Origin: Octopus sinensis
Lineage: Eukaryota
NCBI RefSeq assembly: GCF_006345805.1
Contig: NC_043018.1
Coordinates: 29,946,001-30,010,000, forward strand
Direction: 5' to 3'
DNA length: 64,000 nucleotides
Positions 12,642 to 24,706 of this stretch are shown in pieces; position 1 is the first letter of the stretch; the number at the start of each line of letters is the position of its first letter. A program made the position numbers and the translations under genes. Under the pieces are notes generated by a model. That model searched no databases, was not told the origin of the DNA, and worked only from the letters and a program-made list of their open reading frames with translations.

Positions 12642-12985
12642 TAACTAAAAAAATGTATGATAGATTGCAGTCAATTCATTCTCTCTTACCTGTTTGTGTC
12701 TGCCTTCCAATGCTGTTTTTACTGAGATCTCCCTTTTTAGTAGAAGAAATAGCTATAAACCTTTGACTGCTATTTCTAAATTCGGTATGTGGTAAGGCAA
12801 CTCGTTGCTAAACCCTTATTGCTTAGTATTACTTAAATTTTCCTCGAATGAGGCTTTTACATGCCGAAGACTACTTGGTGTAATTGATAATTTTTCCAAA
12901 TTAATTAATTTCACCCTTCATTATTATATATATATATATATATATATACTTACCACACAGCCACCCCTGTGCCTATATATATATA

Positions 12986-13318
12986 GGCGCAGGGGTGGCT
13001 GTGTGGTAAGTAGCTTGCTAACCAACCACATGGTTCCGGGTTCAGTCCTTGGGTAAGTGTCTTCTGCTATAGCCCCGGGCCGACCAATGCCTTGTGAGTG
13101 GATTTGGTAGACGGAAACTGAAAGAAGCTTGTCGTATATATGAATATATATATGTGTGTGTTTGTGTGTCTGTGTTTGTCCCCGGTTCGGCAAATAGAGA
13201 CCGATAGAATAAGTACTGAGCTTACAAAAAGAATAAGTCCCGGGGTCGAGTTGCTCGACTAAAGGCGGTGCTCCAGCATGGCCGCAGTCAAATGACTGAA
13301 ACAAGTAAAAGAGTAAAG
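12986..13318 (+). mobile_element. tRNA-derived SINE, family 1 (possibly Meta-domain type)
   Basis: Head GGCGCAGG.GTGGCTGTGTGGTAAG with A/B-box-like motifs; body GGCCGACCAA.GCCTTGTGAGTGGATTTGGTAGACGGAAACTG; many copies in the window. Confidence 0.85.
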
Positions 13319-13325
13319 AATATAT

Positions 13326-13397
<72 letters not shown>

Positions 13398-13614
13398 CAA
13401 ATATACATATACATATACAAATGCATATATATAGATATATATATATGTGTGTGTATGTATATATTGCTATACTGGGGAGGGTCATATTGTGTCAATCAGG
13501 CACACGGACTATTTGTTTGATCTTCCCTTTATCTTTATTATCTTTATTTTTCCTATTATTCTATTAGCTTATTGGTCAAAGTTCTTTCATCACACGTTCT
13601 GTGACCGCCAACCA

Positions 13615-13990
13615 TTTTCTGTACCATATGTCTCCTCTTGTTTTGAGTTCAAATTCCGCCGAGGTCAACTTTGCCTTTTATACTTTCGGGGTCGATAAAT
13701 TAAGTACCAGTGAAACGCTAGGGTTGATGTAATTGACTACCCCCCCCCCACACACACACACACTCCTCCAAAATTTCAGGTCCTGAGCCTTCAATAGATT
13801 ACTGTTAAGAATGCGTCAAGCTAGAATTGCCCGTTAGCACGTCGGCCAAAATGCTTAGCGGCATTCGTCCGTCTTTATTATCTGAGTTCAAATTCTGCCC
13901 AGGTCGAATTAACTACCAGCTGTACATTTACGTCGATGGAATCGACTCTCCACTCCCCGATATTGCAGCTCTTCTGCCAGCATTTGAAAT
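13615..13990 (+). mobile_element. Two partial SINE family 2 copies (Nin-like core)
   Basis: GAGTTCAAATTCCGCCGAGGTCAACTTTGCCTTT..TTTCGGGGTCGATAAA. Confidence 0.65.
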
Positions 13991-14189
13991 CAACATAAAT
14001 ATTCCTGTCCAGACCTTATGTCTCTGGTTATGTAACTCATGTAATCTCACTAACTGAGTCAATGCAGAATAAAGAAGTAGTTTTAAATAAATTACCAGAA
14101 ACGCACCAAAGCATTACGAAAGAAATGACAGGATATTCCCTTGTCGTTTCTCTTTTTAATGTTGTCAACGGACTAAAAGATACACTTTA

Positions 14190-14612
14190 AACTCTACATT
14201 CTTTTACTCCTCTACTTGTTTCAGTCATTTTACTGCGGCCATGCTGGAGCACCGCCTTTATAGTCGAGAAAATCGACCCCAGAGCTTATTCTTTGTAAGC
14301 CTAGTACTTATTCTATCGGGCTCTTTTGCCGAATCGCTAAGTGACGGGGACATAAGCACACCTGCAATGCTAGGGGAACAAATATAGACACACAAACATA
14401 CACAAACACACATACACACACACACACACACACATATATATACATATATACGACGGGCTTCTTTCAGTTTCCGTCTACCAAATCCACTCACAAGGCTTTG
14501 GTCGGCCCGAGGCTATAGTAGAAGACACTTGCCCAAGGTGCCACGCAGTGGGACTGAACCCGGAACCATGTGGTTGGTAAACAAGCTACTTACCACACAG
14601 CCACTCCTGCAC
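14190..14612 (-). mobile_element. SINE family 1, near full-length
   Basis: Reverse complement of the family 1 sequence. Confidence 0.85.
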
Positions 14613-15222
14613 CTACTCCTGCACATTGAGGAACTTTATTAAAGAAATATTGTATCTCTAGCTCTAGGCTCCTTAGGTATGGTTACCTGTTTTCCCTGGC
14701 GTATAAGTAGCGACCCTGAAAGGATGAAAGGCAAAGTCGACCTCAGTGGAATTTGAACTTGAAATGTGAAGCGGGTCAAAATGCCGCTCCGTCTTTTGGA
14801 CAGCATGCTAAACATTATTCTTGCTCACTGCGTTACAAGACAGTATTACTGGTTTCAAATTTTTGCACAAGGCTCCTTGGGTATGGTTACCTGTTTTCCA
14901 TGGCGTATAAGTAACCGAGAATACAAAATCCCCTCTGAACAAGTCGCCAGTCTGTCGCAGGGTTCTTCATTTAGATCTGAGAGGAATGGACCACTGTGAA
15001 ATGAAATGTTTTACTCAAGAGCACAAAGTATCGCTCGGTACGGGAGTCGAAACCGTGATATTGCGATCGTGAGTGCAGCACCTTAACCATAAAGCTACGT
15101 GCGTTCAATCTGAGAAACATACCTCCATGTTACTGCGTGTTTCGGGTAATTCTTCCAGAAAGAATATGTGCGATTGTATAATGTATTTCTTCTCTGTTTG
15201 ATGTATCCTTATTTGAACCACG

Positions 15223-15450
15223 GTCTTCAACGCAGTCAGCAAGTTTGAGGAACAAAGAAGAGACGCACTTAAAGACAAGATACGCAGGAGGAAGGCGCGA
15301 GCCGCCTCTGACACCACACAGGATGTTACCTTCGTCTGTGGACACTGCTCACGGACCTGCTTTTCCCATATCGGACTTGTCAGTCATGAGCGTGCATGCA
15401 CGCGACGTGGACAACCTTCCTGATCTTCGTTCGCGAAGCCGAGCCATGAT
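15223..15450 (+). mobile_element. RTE/BovB-like LINE 3' fragment
   Basis: Translates to VFNAVSKFEEQRR...FVCGHCSRTCFSHIGLVSHERAC..*, followed by the short 3' end GATCTTCGTTCGCGAAGCC. Confidence 0.75.
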
Positions 15451-16189
15451 TTGTACTACAATGGTGTTATTCCTTCGACCAGAAGGGTAACCATCGATTT
15501 TTTCAAAAGATTCTTCACAAAAGTTTTTTCCGGAAACCTCTTTCGCAATGACTCTTTTCCATGCGAATTTTGTTCAGAGTTTGAGTGCCGCATGAACCAT
15601 GAATCATTTAAGCTTGTTATCAGCTGTCAAAGCTCTTTTCTCCATGTTTTCTCTTCTTTTTATCAGATGAGATTTCTGCGATATTAATGCATCATTTTAA
15701 TCCCTTTTAGTAATTTCTCTTGATCTCATATGAGCAGGAGAAGAAATACGGCAATCTTTTTGGATTTCAATATTGAATACATACGCTGTTCGGTCTAACA
15801 GTACACCTCTATGTTTTACCTCACCGATTCTCAAACATTTTTCGCTTATTGACCGCTTTGATTCTATTTTACTCTGGTGGACCTCCATATCCATTTCTAG
15901 TTTTAACACTTCATTACATTTTTCTAGTTAAATATTATAAGGAATTTTTAAAATATTTTGTATATCGTTGAAGCGTAACTGATTTGTTAACAAATCTTAT
16001 ATAGAACTCCAAGGGTCATGTTCGTGTGTTTACGTTTCCGTAACTCGTAACAGTTCGGCAAAAGAGACTAACATAGTGTGTACCATGCTTTAAAAAATTA
16101 ATAATTAATAGGGTCGATTCGTCAAACTGGTACCCCAACATGGCTGCAACCTAATGACTGGCACAAATAAAAGATAAAAGGTAGTTTGT

Positions 16190-16380
16190 TAACTGTGTGG
16201 TAAGTAGCTTGTTTACCAACCACACGGTTCCGGGTTCAGTCCCACTGCGTGGCACTTTGGGCAAGTGCCTTCTACTATAGCCTCGGGCCGACCAAATCTT
16301 TGTGAGTGGATTTGGTAGAAGGAAACTGAAAGAAGCCCGTATATATATGTGTGTGTGTGTGTGTGTGTTTGTGTGTCTGT
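16190..16380 (+). mobile_element. SINE family 1, 5' half
   Basis: Head and core motifs as in the other copies. Confidence 0.8.
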
Positions 16381-16514
16381 GAACATCGGTGGGTCTTCTC
16401 TCATTACCAATAGGCCTTTTTGCATGATCACATCATAAAAGGTAAACCTCCACGAGAAAGAGACACTGCAGGAATTGCTTAAACATATTGCAAGATCTTC
16501 ACTTATTGGTAATA

Positions 16515-17099
16515 ATAGCACTATGACCCGGCGTTGCCGAGTCTAGTGCTAGTGCTTGTTGTTCGTTGCAGGATCGTTTTATGGCATTCTTAAGGAATGG
16601 TAGCATATCAAGCATATTTGGTCTTTCAGGAAAACCCCGCTCTCTTGACATTCACTTGGTCTGACTCGTTAATTATTCCCTGCATTTCTCAAATGAAAAA
16701 AGCGTGCACGTTTGAAAGCCAAAACACATGATAACCCGTCTTCACAAAACACAAAAATGCGCTGAGTCATACAGACTATCTGCAAATGCGCACGCGTATT
16801 CAACCGTCAAGGGTAAAATTATCTCCGTCCAATCAAAAAACAGCTGGCAGTCTATTGGCGTATCTACAAATTTCTGTTTTAGCGATTTTTAATGGATATG
16901 CCCATAACTTATGGGCATTAGGGGTCGGTTTATCAATTTTTTAATGACTTTCTGGGGTGACTGGGGAAATGAAACGATCTTCACGACCACCTCAGACAGT
17001 TTTGGAAGCTCATAGAAAATGCGAGCCATTCACGTGAAAAACTGTGGACACACAGACACACAGATACATAGATATTTTGCCATATATAGATATAGAGAT
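16515..17099 (+). mobile_element. Helitron-like non-autonomous element
   Basis: Starts A.TAGCA..GACCCGGCGTTGCC; ends with an ACAG/ACAC repeat and ATATATAGATATAGAGAT; same terminal pattern as 23748-24139. Confidence 0.5.
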
Positions 17100-17247
17100 A
17101 AGCTGTCGGAATATTGAAAACCCTTCTGTACATTCAACAGGTTCTTAAGGTTACAAGCATTATGCCTCAGTAAACAGTACACTTCACTTGAGAAGGGCAG
17201 TGGGGATTAAAATCTCCTTTGCCTATATACGGTTCAAACTATGTTCA

Positions 17248-19336
17248 TCATCATCATCATTGTTCGACCGTGGTCGAGACAATGGAATTTACCATGTTGC
17301 GCCAGACTTCACGGTCCATCATAGCATTACGGAGGTCCTGTTGCTGGATGCCTGTATCCCTGGAGATTACATCAGGGTAGGAGAGTGTGCGCCCTCTGGT
17401 GTTGCGAGTAGATGGCTTCCAGAGGAGAAGAGTAGAAATTACTTCTTTTTCAGCTCTAAAACAATGTCCAGCAAACTGGACTCTCCTACCCTTCACAAGA
17501 GATGACACAGGTGGTAATTTCCCATATATTTGCATTTTAGTTGGATGGCGCCTCCACGAGAGATTTTGAGCTCTCATAAGGAGGCGAGTGTAGGTTCCAT
17601 CCAACCGCCTCTCAAGCTTCTTTGATAACGTCCAGGTTTCTGAGCCATATAGTAGGATTGGTTCGACTGTGGCTTTGAGTATTTCAAGTTTGAAGTCTCT
17701 ACTTAGATTTGATGACCAGATCTTATGCATGTCATTACAGGCTGACCAGGCCATACCCTTTCTAGTTAGAAAGTCTTTTCCAGATGATGATATGTATGAC
17801 CCAAGATATTTATAATCAGAAACCATATTTAAAGGTGCACTGTTGAGAGTGTGGATGATGCAATCACTGTTGGACAGGCACTTGTTTATGTATTCAGTTT
17901 TGGTCTCATTAAGGTAAAGACCTACACAATTTGAGGCTTGTTCAAGAGATTGTAAAAGAGACTGGGCATTGGAGAGAGAATCACTGATAAGAGCGATGTC
18001 GTCAGCAAAGTCAGTGTCTGTCAAGTACTCAGCTGGGTGTCTGGAACTTCTTCTTGGTTTTATTTCAAAGCCCTTGCCAGAGATAGTATCAACTGACATA
18101 CGTAGCACATAATCAACAACAATGATGAAAAGAAATGGGGCGAGTGTGTCTCCCTGCAGTATTCCGGCCTCGATCGAGAAAGATGATGTTTCTCCATCAG
18201 GGGTTAAGATGGTTGAAGACGTATCTGTGTAGAGGACCTTGATGGCAGAAATAATTTTGTCTGGTATCCCATAGAGCTTAAGGATTTCAAACATCTTGCA
18301 CCTATCTACAGAATCGAACGCTTTAGAAAAGTCTACAAATACCATTGCAAGATCGCGATTAAATGCTTTTGATTCTTCAATAAGTCTGCGCAGGCATAGT
18401 ATCTGGCTCAGCGTTGAGCGCCCATGTCTGAATCCATTTTGGTTCTTTCGGAGCAAAGGTTCAACAAAAAGGACAAGACGATTTAGGATCAGTTTGTTGT
18501 ACAGTTTTGCAGCAATTGACATTAGAGATATGCCCCTGTAGTTGGTGACGAGGGAGAAATCGCCTTTTTTGGGTATTGGAATGATTTGAGACTGGTGCCA
18601 AATCTTTGGAGCGACAAAGGTGGAAAGTGTGTGGTTGCAGAGGTTAAGCAAAAGTGTGTGAAATCTATCATCCTTCCAAATCACAGCCGAAATGTTGTCG
18701 GGACCAAATGCTTTCGAGGCTTTTAGTTGCTTGGTGGCTGCTGTTAGTTCAAATATGGTAAAAGGGGAGGTGTTGCTGTCCAGCGTGTCTGATATAGGCA
18801 CACTTGGGAGAGTGGGGTTATCAGGGATTTTAGCATTCTTCCCAAGGAGGTTTTTAAAATGGGTTGACCAATTTTCTAAACGCTTCTTAGCTGATCCCCC
18901 TTTAATTCTAATTGATGACCCAGAATTTTTGCCTGATAGGTCTTTGATGGATTTCCAGGCGAGATGGTGTTTTTTACTAATGTGCTCTTTCGATAGTTTA
19001 CTAATTTTGCCATTGATAAATTCGACCTCGGCGTTCAAGTAAGCCTCATCAAGATTCTTCCTGGCAGCTATGAGTTGGATCTTCAGTGACTGGGATGGAG
19101 AACGGTGGTAAGCTAGTGATATAGACTTTAGATGGTTTCTGGCTTCGATGACATTTGGGGAATTAGAAGGTTTGCTCTGGCCCCTACTCTTCCTTTTGGG
19201 AAGAGCAGCCAGTGCAACTTCCTCTGTTGATTTGATGAGGCTGCTGTATACTTCCTCAATGTTCTCAGCATCTATTTCAGAAGTAGACAGAGATTGAAAT
19301 TTGTTATAGACCTCAATAGTAAATTGTTTGGACATA
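17248..19336 (-). mobile_element. 5'-truncated RTE/RTEX-type LINE, young, with 14-bp TSD
   Basis: TSD TCAAACTATGTTCA at 17234-17247 and 19337-19350; (TGA)n tail starting at the stop codon. Confidence 0.92.
17257..19335 (-). CDS. Uninterrupted 692-aa reverse transcriptase ORF (endonuclease removed by truncation)
   Basis: YRGISLMS, QNGFR, DFSKAFDSV, GILQGDTLAP, FADD, YLGS, LLYGSETW, FAGHC motifs. Confidence 0.85.
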   Translation of the reverse strand: MSKQFTIEVYNKFQSLSTSEIDAENIEEVYSSLIKSTEEVALAALPKRKSRGQSKPSNSPNVIEARNHLKSISLAYHRSPSQSLKIQLIAARKNLDEAYLNAEVEFINGKISKLSKEHISKKHHLAWKSIKDLSGKNSGSSIRIKGGSAKKRLENWSTHFKNLLGKNAKIPDNPTLPSVPISDTLDSNTSPFTIFELTAATKQLKASKAFGPDNISAVIWKDDRFHTLLLNLCNHTLSTFVAPKIWHQSQIIPIPKKGDFSLVTNYRGISLMSIAAKLYNKLILNRLVLFVEPLLRKNQNGFRHGRSTLSQILCLRRLIEESKAFNRDLAMVFVDFSKAFDSVDRCKMFEILKLYGIPDKIISAIKVLYTDTSSTILTPDGETSSFSIEAGILQGDTLAPFLFIIVVDYVLRMSVDTISGKGFEIKPRRSSRHPAEYLTDTDFADDIALISDSLSNAQSLLQSLEQASNCVGLYLNETKTEYINKCLSNSDCIIHTLNSAPLNMVSDYKYLGSYISSSGKDFLTRKGMAWSACNDMHKIWSSNLSRDFKLEILKATVEPILLYGSETWTLSKKLERRLDGTYTRLLMRAQNLSWRRHPTKMQIYGKLPPVSSLVKGRRVQFAGHCFRAEKEVISTLLLWKPSTRNTRGRTLSYPDVISRDTGIQQQDLRNAMMDREVWRNMVNSIVSTTVEQ

Positions 19337-19410
19337 TCAAACTATGTTCACTCGTCAAGCAAAACCAACTTTATACATAAAATTTTGAAATTGTAAATAT
19401 GCATTTGTGT

Positions 19411-19660
19411 AGGCGCATGGTTCAGTGGTTAGGGTGTTACACTCATGGTTGTAAGATTGCAGTTTCGATTCCTGGATCGAGCGAGCGATGCTTTGTGTTC
19501 TTGAGCAAAATACTTCATTTCGCCTTGCTTCAGTCCACTTAGCACACAAAAAGGAGTAATCCTGCGAGGGAAGGGTGTTCCGGACAACAAGTAACATATA
19601 CGCTAGATAATCCGGGAAAACTGGCCGTGAGAGCCTATGCCTCGAAAGGACCTGTGATGT
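19411..19660 (+). mobile_element. tRNA-derived SINE, family 4 (CORE-like), degenerate
   Basis: GGCGCATGGTTCAGTGGTTAGGG..GTTTCGATTCC..GTGTTCTTGAGCAAAATACTT. Confidence 0.65.
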
Positions 19661-20073
19661 ACATATGCACACACATACACACACACACATGCATACATAC
19701 ATATACATATATGCATAATACAAAAACGATGTATGCATATGTATTTATGCATGTATGTGTATATGAAAGATAATGAGTGTACGTGTGTATATTTGTATGT
19801 TTGTGTGTGTGTGTGTGTGTGCGTGAGAAAGAGAGAGAGTGAATACAAATACATTTAGCTGAACATGCTCGAACACACACACACGCAGACATATACACAC
19901 ACTCACGCGCGCACGCAGACACACACACATATACACGTACACACATATACACGTACACCCATTAGCTTTCATATACACTTAGATGCATACATACATACAT
20001 ACATACATTACACACAATGAGCGAGTGTGTGTTTTACTATTCAACTCATGGACATTAAAGTCAATGGGTGTGC

Positions 20074-20117
<44 letters not shown>

Positions 20118-20314
20118 CGCGCATGCGAGCGTGTGTTACACTTTTCAGCTCCCTCACCGACTTCAAAGCAAATGTCGGCTTCAGCAGGACATGGAATCAA
20201 AAGTAACCAAAACGAATTCTCTACGGAAATTACCATACCATCAGATGGAAAAACTGGCAAGTTCGAAACCCCAATAAAAACAATACTCCTTTGATCCTTT
20301 TTGCGATACACACA

Positions 20315-20412
<98 letters not shown>

Positions 20413-20431
20413 AGAAACATACATATATATA

Positions 20432-21297
20432 CACAGGCTGCAGTGAATATATTGTCGTCTAAATTACGTAAAAACGAAAATAACCCTGACATCTCATTTT
20501 AACAGATATATTTACCACAATTGAATAAAAATATCTTGAAATATTAATGAGTAAATCTATTTAATAAAATCGCCATTGGCTGCAACCCACGGCCTCCAAA
20601 TGACTTCAGAATTTCCTACAACTCTTCCACCCGGTCTCCTTATTTAGGTCGGTGAATACTGCCATAATCCTTGCCTTCAGTTCATTTTTGGTGTTACAAG
20701 TTTTGTTGGTCTCTCATTCAACTGCGCCCCACATATAATGATCAAAGGGGTTCCAAGCTGAGGAGTTAGGTGGCCAGATTTTAGGGGTGATGTTACAGAA
20801 ATTGTCTGAGAGCCATGACTGGGTTCTCCTGCTTTTGTGGAATGTTACAGGGTCCTGTTGCAAAACATATCGTCTTCCACCAGCCACCCTCTTGACCCAG
20901 GTCAGCACTACCTCCTCCAGGCACTAGATGTAAACCTCCGTGTTGAATCTGAGGCCGTGTGGGAAGATGAATGGAAGCATAACGTCGACATCACTAGTGA
21001 TCACTCTAAACACCATGATGTTGACAGGATGTTTAATTTTTTTCATTCTCGATACATGAACTGTCCTCAGATTTATAACCAAATACTCTGAAATGATCGT
21101 ATTGGAGTTTCCGGCGCGAATGCGAGGCAGTACAGCATGTTGTTTCCAAATTTCTAGCACAGTGAATTGCGTAATGGTGCTGTTATTTCTCAGAGGCGGT
21201 ACCCAACTGACCCTACTATACTATGTAGTCAGTAAAATCAGAAACAATGCGCGAAATTTAAAATACAAAATGGCGACAAATTACCCATCACACTCTG
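20432..21297 (-). mobile_element. Degenerate, deleted Tc1/mariner element of maT (DD37D-like) type
   Basis: HPVNIMVF.VITSD..., YVLQQD...IWPPNS..NPFD.YMWGAVE (36 aa between 2nd and 3rd D as read); degenerate TIRs next to TA. Confidence 0.75.
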
Positions 21298-21353
<56 letters not shown>

Positions 21354-21766
21354 TGTATGTGTGTAAGTATGCATGAATGTATGTATCTATGCACGTGTGT
21401 ATCTGTATACATATGTGCGTGTTTGTATATATATCAAAAGGAAAGGATACAGACTTTTGATAAGGGCAGAACATTTTGTAACATTTGTAATTCTGAACTC
21501 TTCTATATTCTTTTCGCCAAGATTCCCCTAGTAAACACACTCATAGAAAAATCGTACAAATGTAAACATTGGCAGAAACACACTTTCCACTCATATAAAT
21601 GATAAAGATAACCACTGTAGTTTTAACAATTAGCTTCACGTCCACACCACTGCCATAGACAAATTCTTTCATATGCCTCCGAACATTCTTTCAATCAAAG
21701 TTTTCTTCCTCCTCCCTACCTATTGCTCCGTTATATGTTCCATTGCTACTAAATATCTTTGACGTA

Positions 21767-21829
<63 letters not shown>

Positions 21830-22443
21830 ATCAAACACACAGACACAAATTTTTCACCTTACTACTACGTATATTTGACGTTTGTCTCTCTCACACACAC
21901 AATCACACACACACACAGATACGAATGCAGTTATATACACACACTCATACACACACAAACACTCGCACTCATTAACACAAGCACACACCTGCACATCCCA
22001 ATACATACAGCATACATATTGTCCCCTACCTATTTTTACCACTTCCTTCTTCTACGCATTTTTGACGTCAATGCTTATAACGGATTTTTTTTAAAAACAC
22101 TCATTATCACTGTGGTCACCATGTAGGCAATCATCAAACTTTTTTGTTCGTCTTGTGGCTGAGAGAGGCTCCTTATCTTTCCTGATAAATGCACCCTTTA
22201 TTCCTTCGGAATAAAAGTATGCTGTCTTCGAAACATGTGTCGAGAGTAAAGGAATTTTGTTAACATCTTCGTTCGACTCCATTCTTTCATTTATTCATAT
22301 AAAAAACACACAAACTTCCACACAAGAACCCGGAGATTCTACCCTTGACAGGTCGGTTCAACCGTGTTTTCTGACGTGAATTTGCTACCCAGGTATCGGT
22401 TAAACGAATTTTCCATGCTAGGATAATTCATTCACCTACTTAA

Positions 22444-22530
<87 letters not shown>

Positions 22531-22533
<3 letters not shown>

Positions 22534-22885
22534 AAAATAGTAAAGTGTGAAAAAACGACAGAAGGCTTAAATGTTAAAAAATATATATATTTGTGTCAAA
22601 ATGTCTGGAGAATATTGGAAAAATTTTTTTCCTTTCCTTAAAATGACATAATTTAAAAATTTTTAAAGAAATTACCGGTTTCGCGTGTAGCTTTTCAAAT
22701 TTCTTGTGACAAGAAATTTGAAAAGCTACACGCGAAACCGGTAATTTCTTTAAAAATTTTAAAATTATGTCATTTTAAGGAAAGGAAAAAAATTTTTCCA
22801 ATATTCTCCAGACATTTTGACACAAATATATATATTTTTTAACATTTAAGCCTTCTGTCGTTTTTTCACACTTTACTATTTTCTT
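22531..22885. repeat. 355-bp near-perfect palindrome (177-bp arms, 1-nt centre at 22708) in (TA)n
   Basis: Arms are reverse complements with one mismatch seen. Confidence 0.95.
22711..22750 (+). ncRNA. Minimal type I hammerhead, U3-A8 core variant (mirror copy 22666-22705 minus)
   Basis: Stem I AAGAAAT/ATTTCTT; core TTGAAAA; stem II GC-TACAC-GC; GAA; stem III ACC/GGT; GTA triplet. Confidence 0.6.
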
Positions 22886-22926
22886 ATATATTCACCCACG
22901 TGCTTTACCAAACAAACTTTCTTATC

Positions 22927-22975
<49 letters not shown>

Positions 22976-23747
22976 ATATATATATATAATATATATATAA
23001 TATATATATCTATATATATATATCCATACGTGTATATATACAGAATTTTACATGTTGGAGTGAGGCCTTAATATGCAAAAGAATTTTGGGAGGTGGGTAA
23101 AGTTTGTAAACCGCAGTTACAGGTGTTCTTGCCGAAAGAAAACTTGCAGTTGTATATGCTGGCCTGAAAGTGATTTTTATTTTATTTTTTGTTGTCAAAA
23201 TTATACGTTATGAAAATCGTGTATAGAAGTAAATAATGGTTCAAGAACTATAAATTTATGTACTTTATAAAAAAATCACAAATTAAATTTTAAATTTTAA
23301 AGTTAATTAGACTTATAATTTAACTTATGCGTTCATGAAGTTATGTAGTTGTAAACATATATATACGGAGTTGCGTAGAATTAGAATATAATTTTGCTGA
23401 AAATTATAAGCTATTAAATTGTCTATGGAAATAAATATGGTAGCAAAGACTATTATTAATTTAGGAAATTTATGATATTATATGTTGGCGAGTGATAGAT
23501 AAATGGTAGGGAATCAAAATCAAATTAATATCTCAAGCATTAAGAAAATATGTGTTCACAACATCGAGTTGTAGCATAGTTACTTATATATAAGTATGCA
23601 GTATTATGGACCCATTTCAGCAGATCTTAACAATCGGTTATTGGATAACAACGGATGGTGTTCTCTGAGGAGCATAAGGTGTGACTTAAACATGTTTAAC
23701 CGGTTATCTAATATCCACTGTGTAACCGACTAGTAAGATTGACTGTA

Positions 23748-24139
23748 ATCTATATATATAAAGTTGAAGTTGTCTGTGCATCGCAGGTTTGGTAGCCTTC
23801 AACTAACACTATCTTCTCCGAGACCCTGCGGCACAAATTGACCAAACTTGAGAGTTTGATACAAGAGAGTTTGCTCTTCCTTCCGTAAAAGGAAAAATTC
23901 AAATTGGACCATGTTAACACCAAAAAATTATTTACATCAAAAAGGTGCTTTTTTTATAAAAAATCCCTAATTTTATGATTTTTTGACTGCTCTGTCGCCA
24001 TTTTTCAGTGTATTTCAACCAGAAAAATGTTCACTTAAAGAGAATAACAAGCTACATAAGGCAAAATTTTTACTTTTCAAAAATTCCAATTCTAAAGGGT
24101 CGAAACACACCCGAGCAATGCCGGGCGATACTGCTAGTA
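23748..24139 (-). mobile_element. Helitron-like non-autonomous element
   Basis: Minus strand starts TACTAGCAGTATCGCCCGGCATTGCTCGG and ends CTTTATATATATAGAT. Confidence 0.55.
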
Positions 24140-24621
24140 GTCTATACTTTGATATTGACAAAATGTGATTGCATATATTTACTGATTTATAGATTCTTAC
24201 GAGACAACGAATGTCTGTATATAGGCGCGCTCGTATGCGCGCGCGTAGGTGTGTGTGTATGTGTGTATTTACGTGCGTACATCTGTGGGTGTGTGCGTAG
24301 CTATCAGGAATACAACTTTACGAAACAAATCTTTTCTTTAATTCATCGCACCGATAATCTACGGACATTTATGCAAGTAAAATTACGTAATATGTTAATA
24401 GTGAAACATGAATGCGAATAATTCATATTTTTATTGCTTTTTCTTTTGTCTTGCTCGATTATGTTTCGTTTGCTAAATTTTTCTTGAGAACATTTCTTAG
24501 TGGTGAGACCATAGCGGATCTATTTCTAGCATAAGGTTGTCCACATAGTGGTTTCTCTCTAATATGTATATAATACAATTTTACTGAACTTTCAATTTTT
24601 TATTCATGTGTGTGTGCGTGC

Positions 24622-24706
<85 letters not shown>

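Larger units (their letters stand above)
11915..12926 (+). mobile_element. Non-coding Penelope/retrozyme-like element: 606-bp unit with 85-bp terminal direct repeat (12236-12320 / 12842-12926) and a 319-bp inverted 5' duplication (11915-12233 / 12512-12829), embedded in (TA)n
   Basis: Repeats are directly visible; carries a hammerhead motif. Partial-tandem plus inverted terminal repeats are typical of Penelope-like elements. Confidence 0.75.

Noticed and set aside
12986-13060. tRNA genes
   Set aside because: The A/B-box sequences are SINE heads continuing into SINE bodies; no complete cloverleaf
15450-15910. Possible very old LINE remnant on the minus strand
   Set aside because: Only vague motif similarity with multiple stops; cannot be supported
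23655-23705. CTGAGGA...AAACATGTT hammerhead-like string
   Set aside because: G12 missing and no convincing stem I
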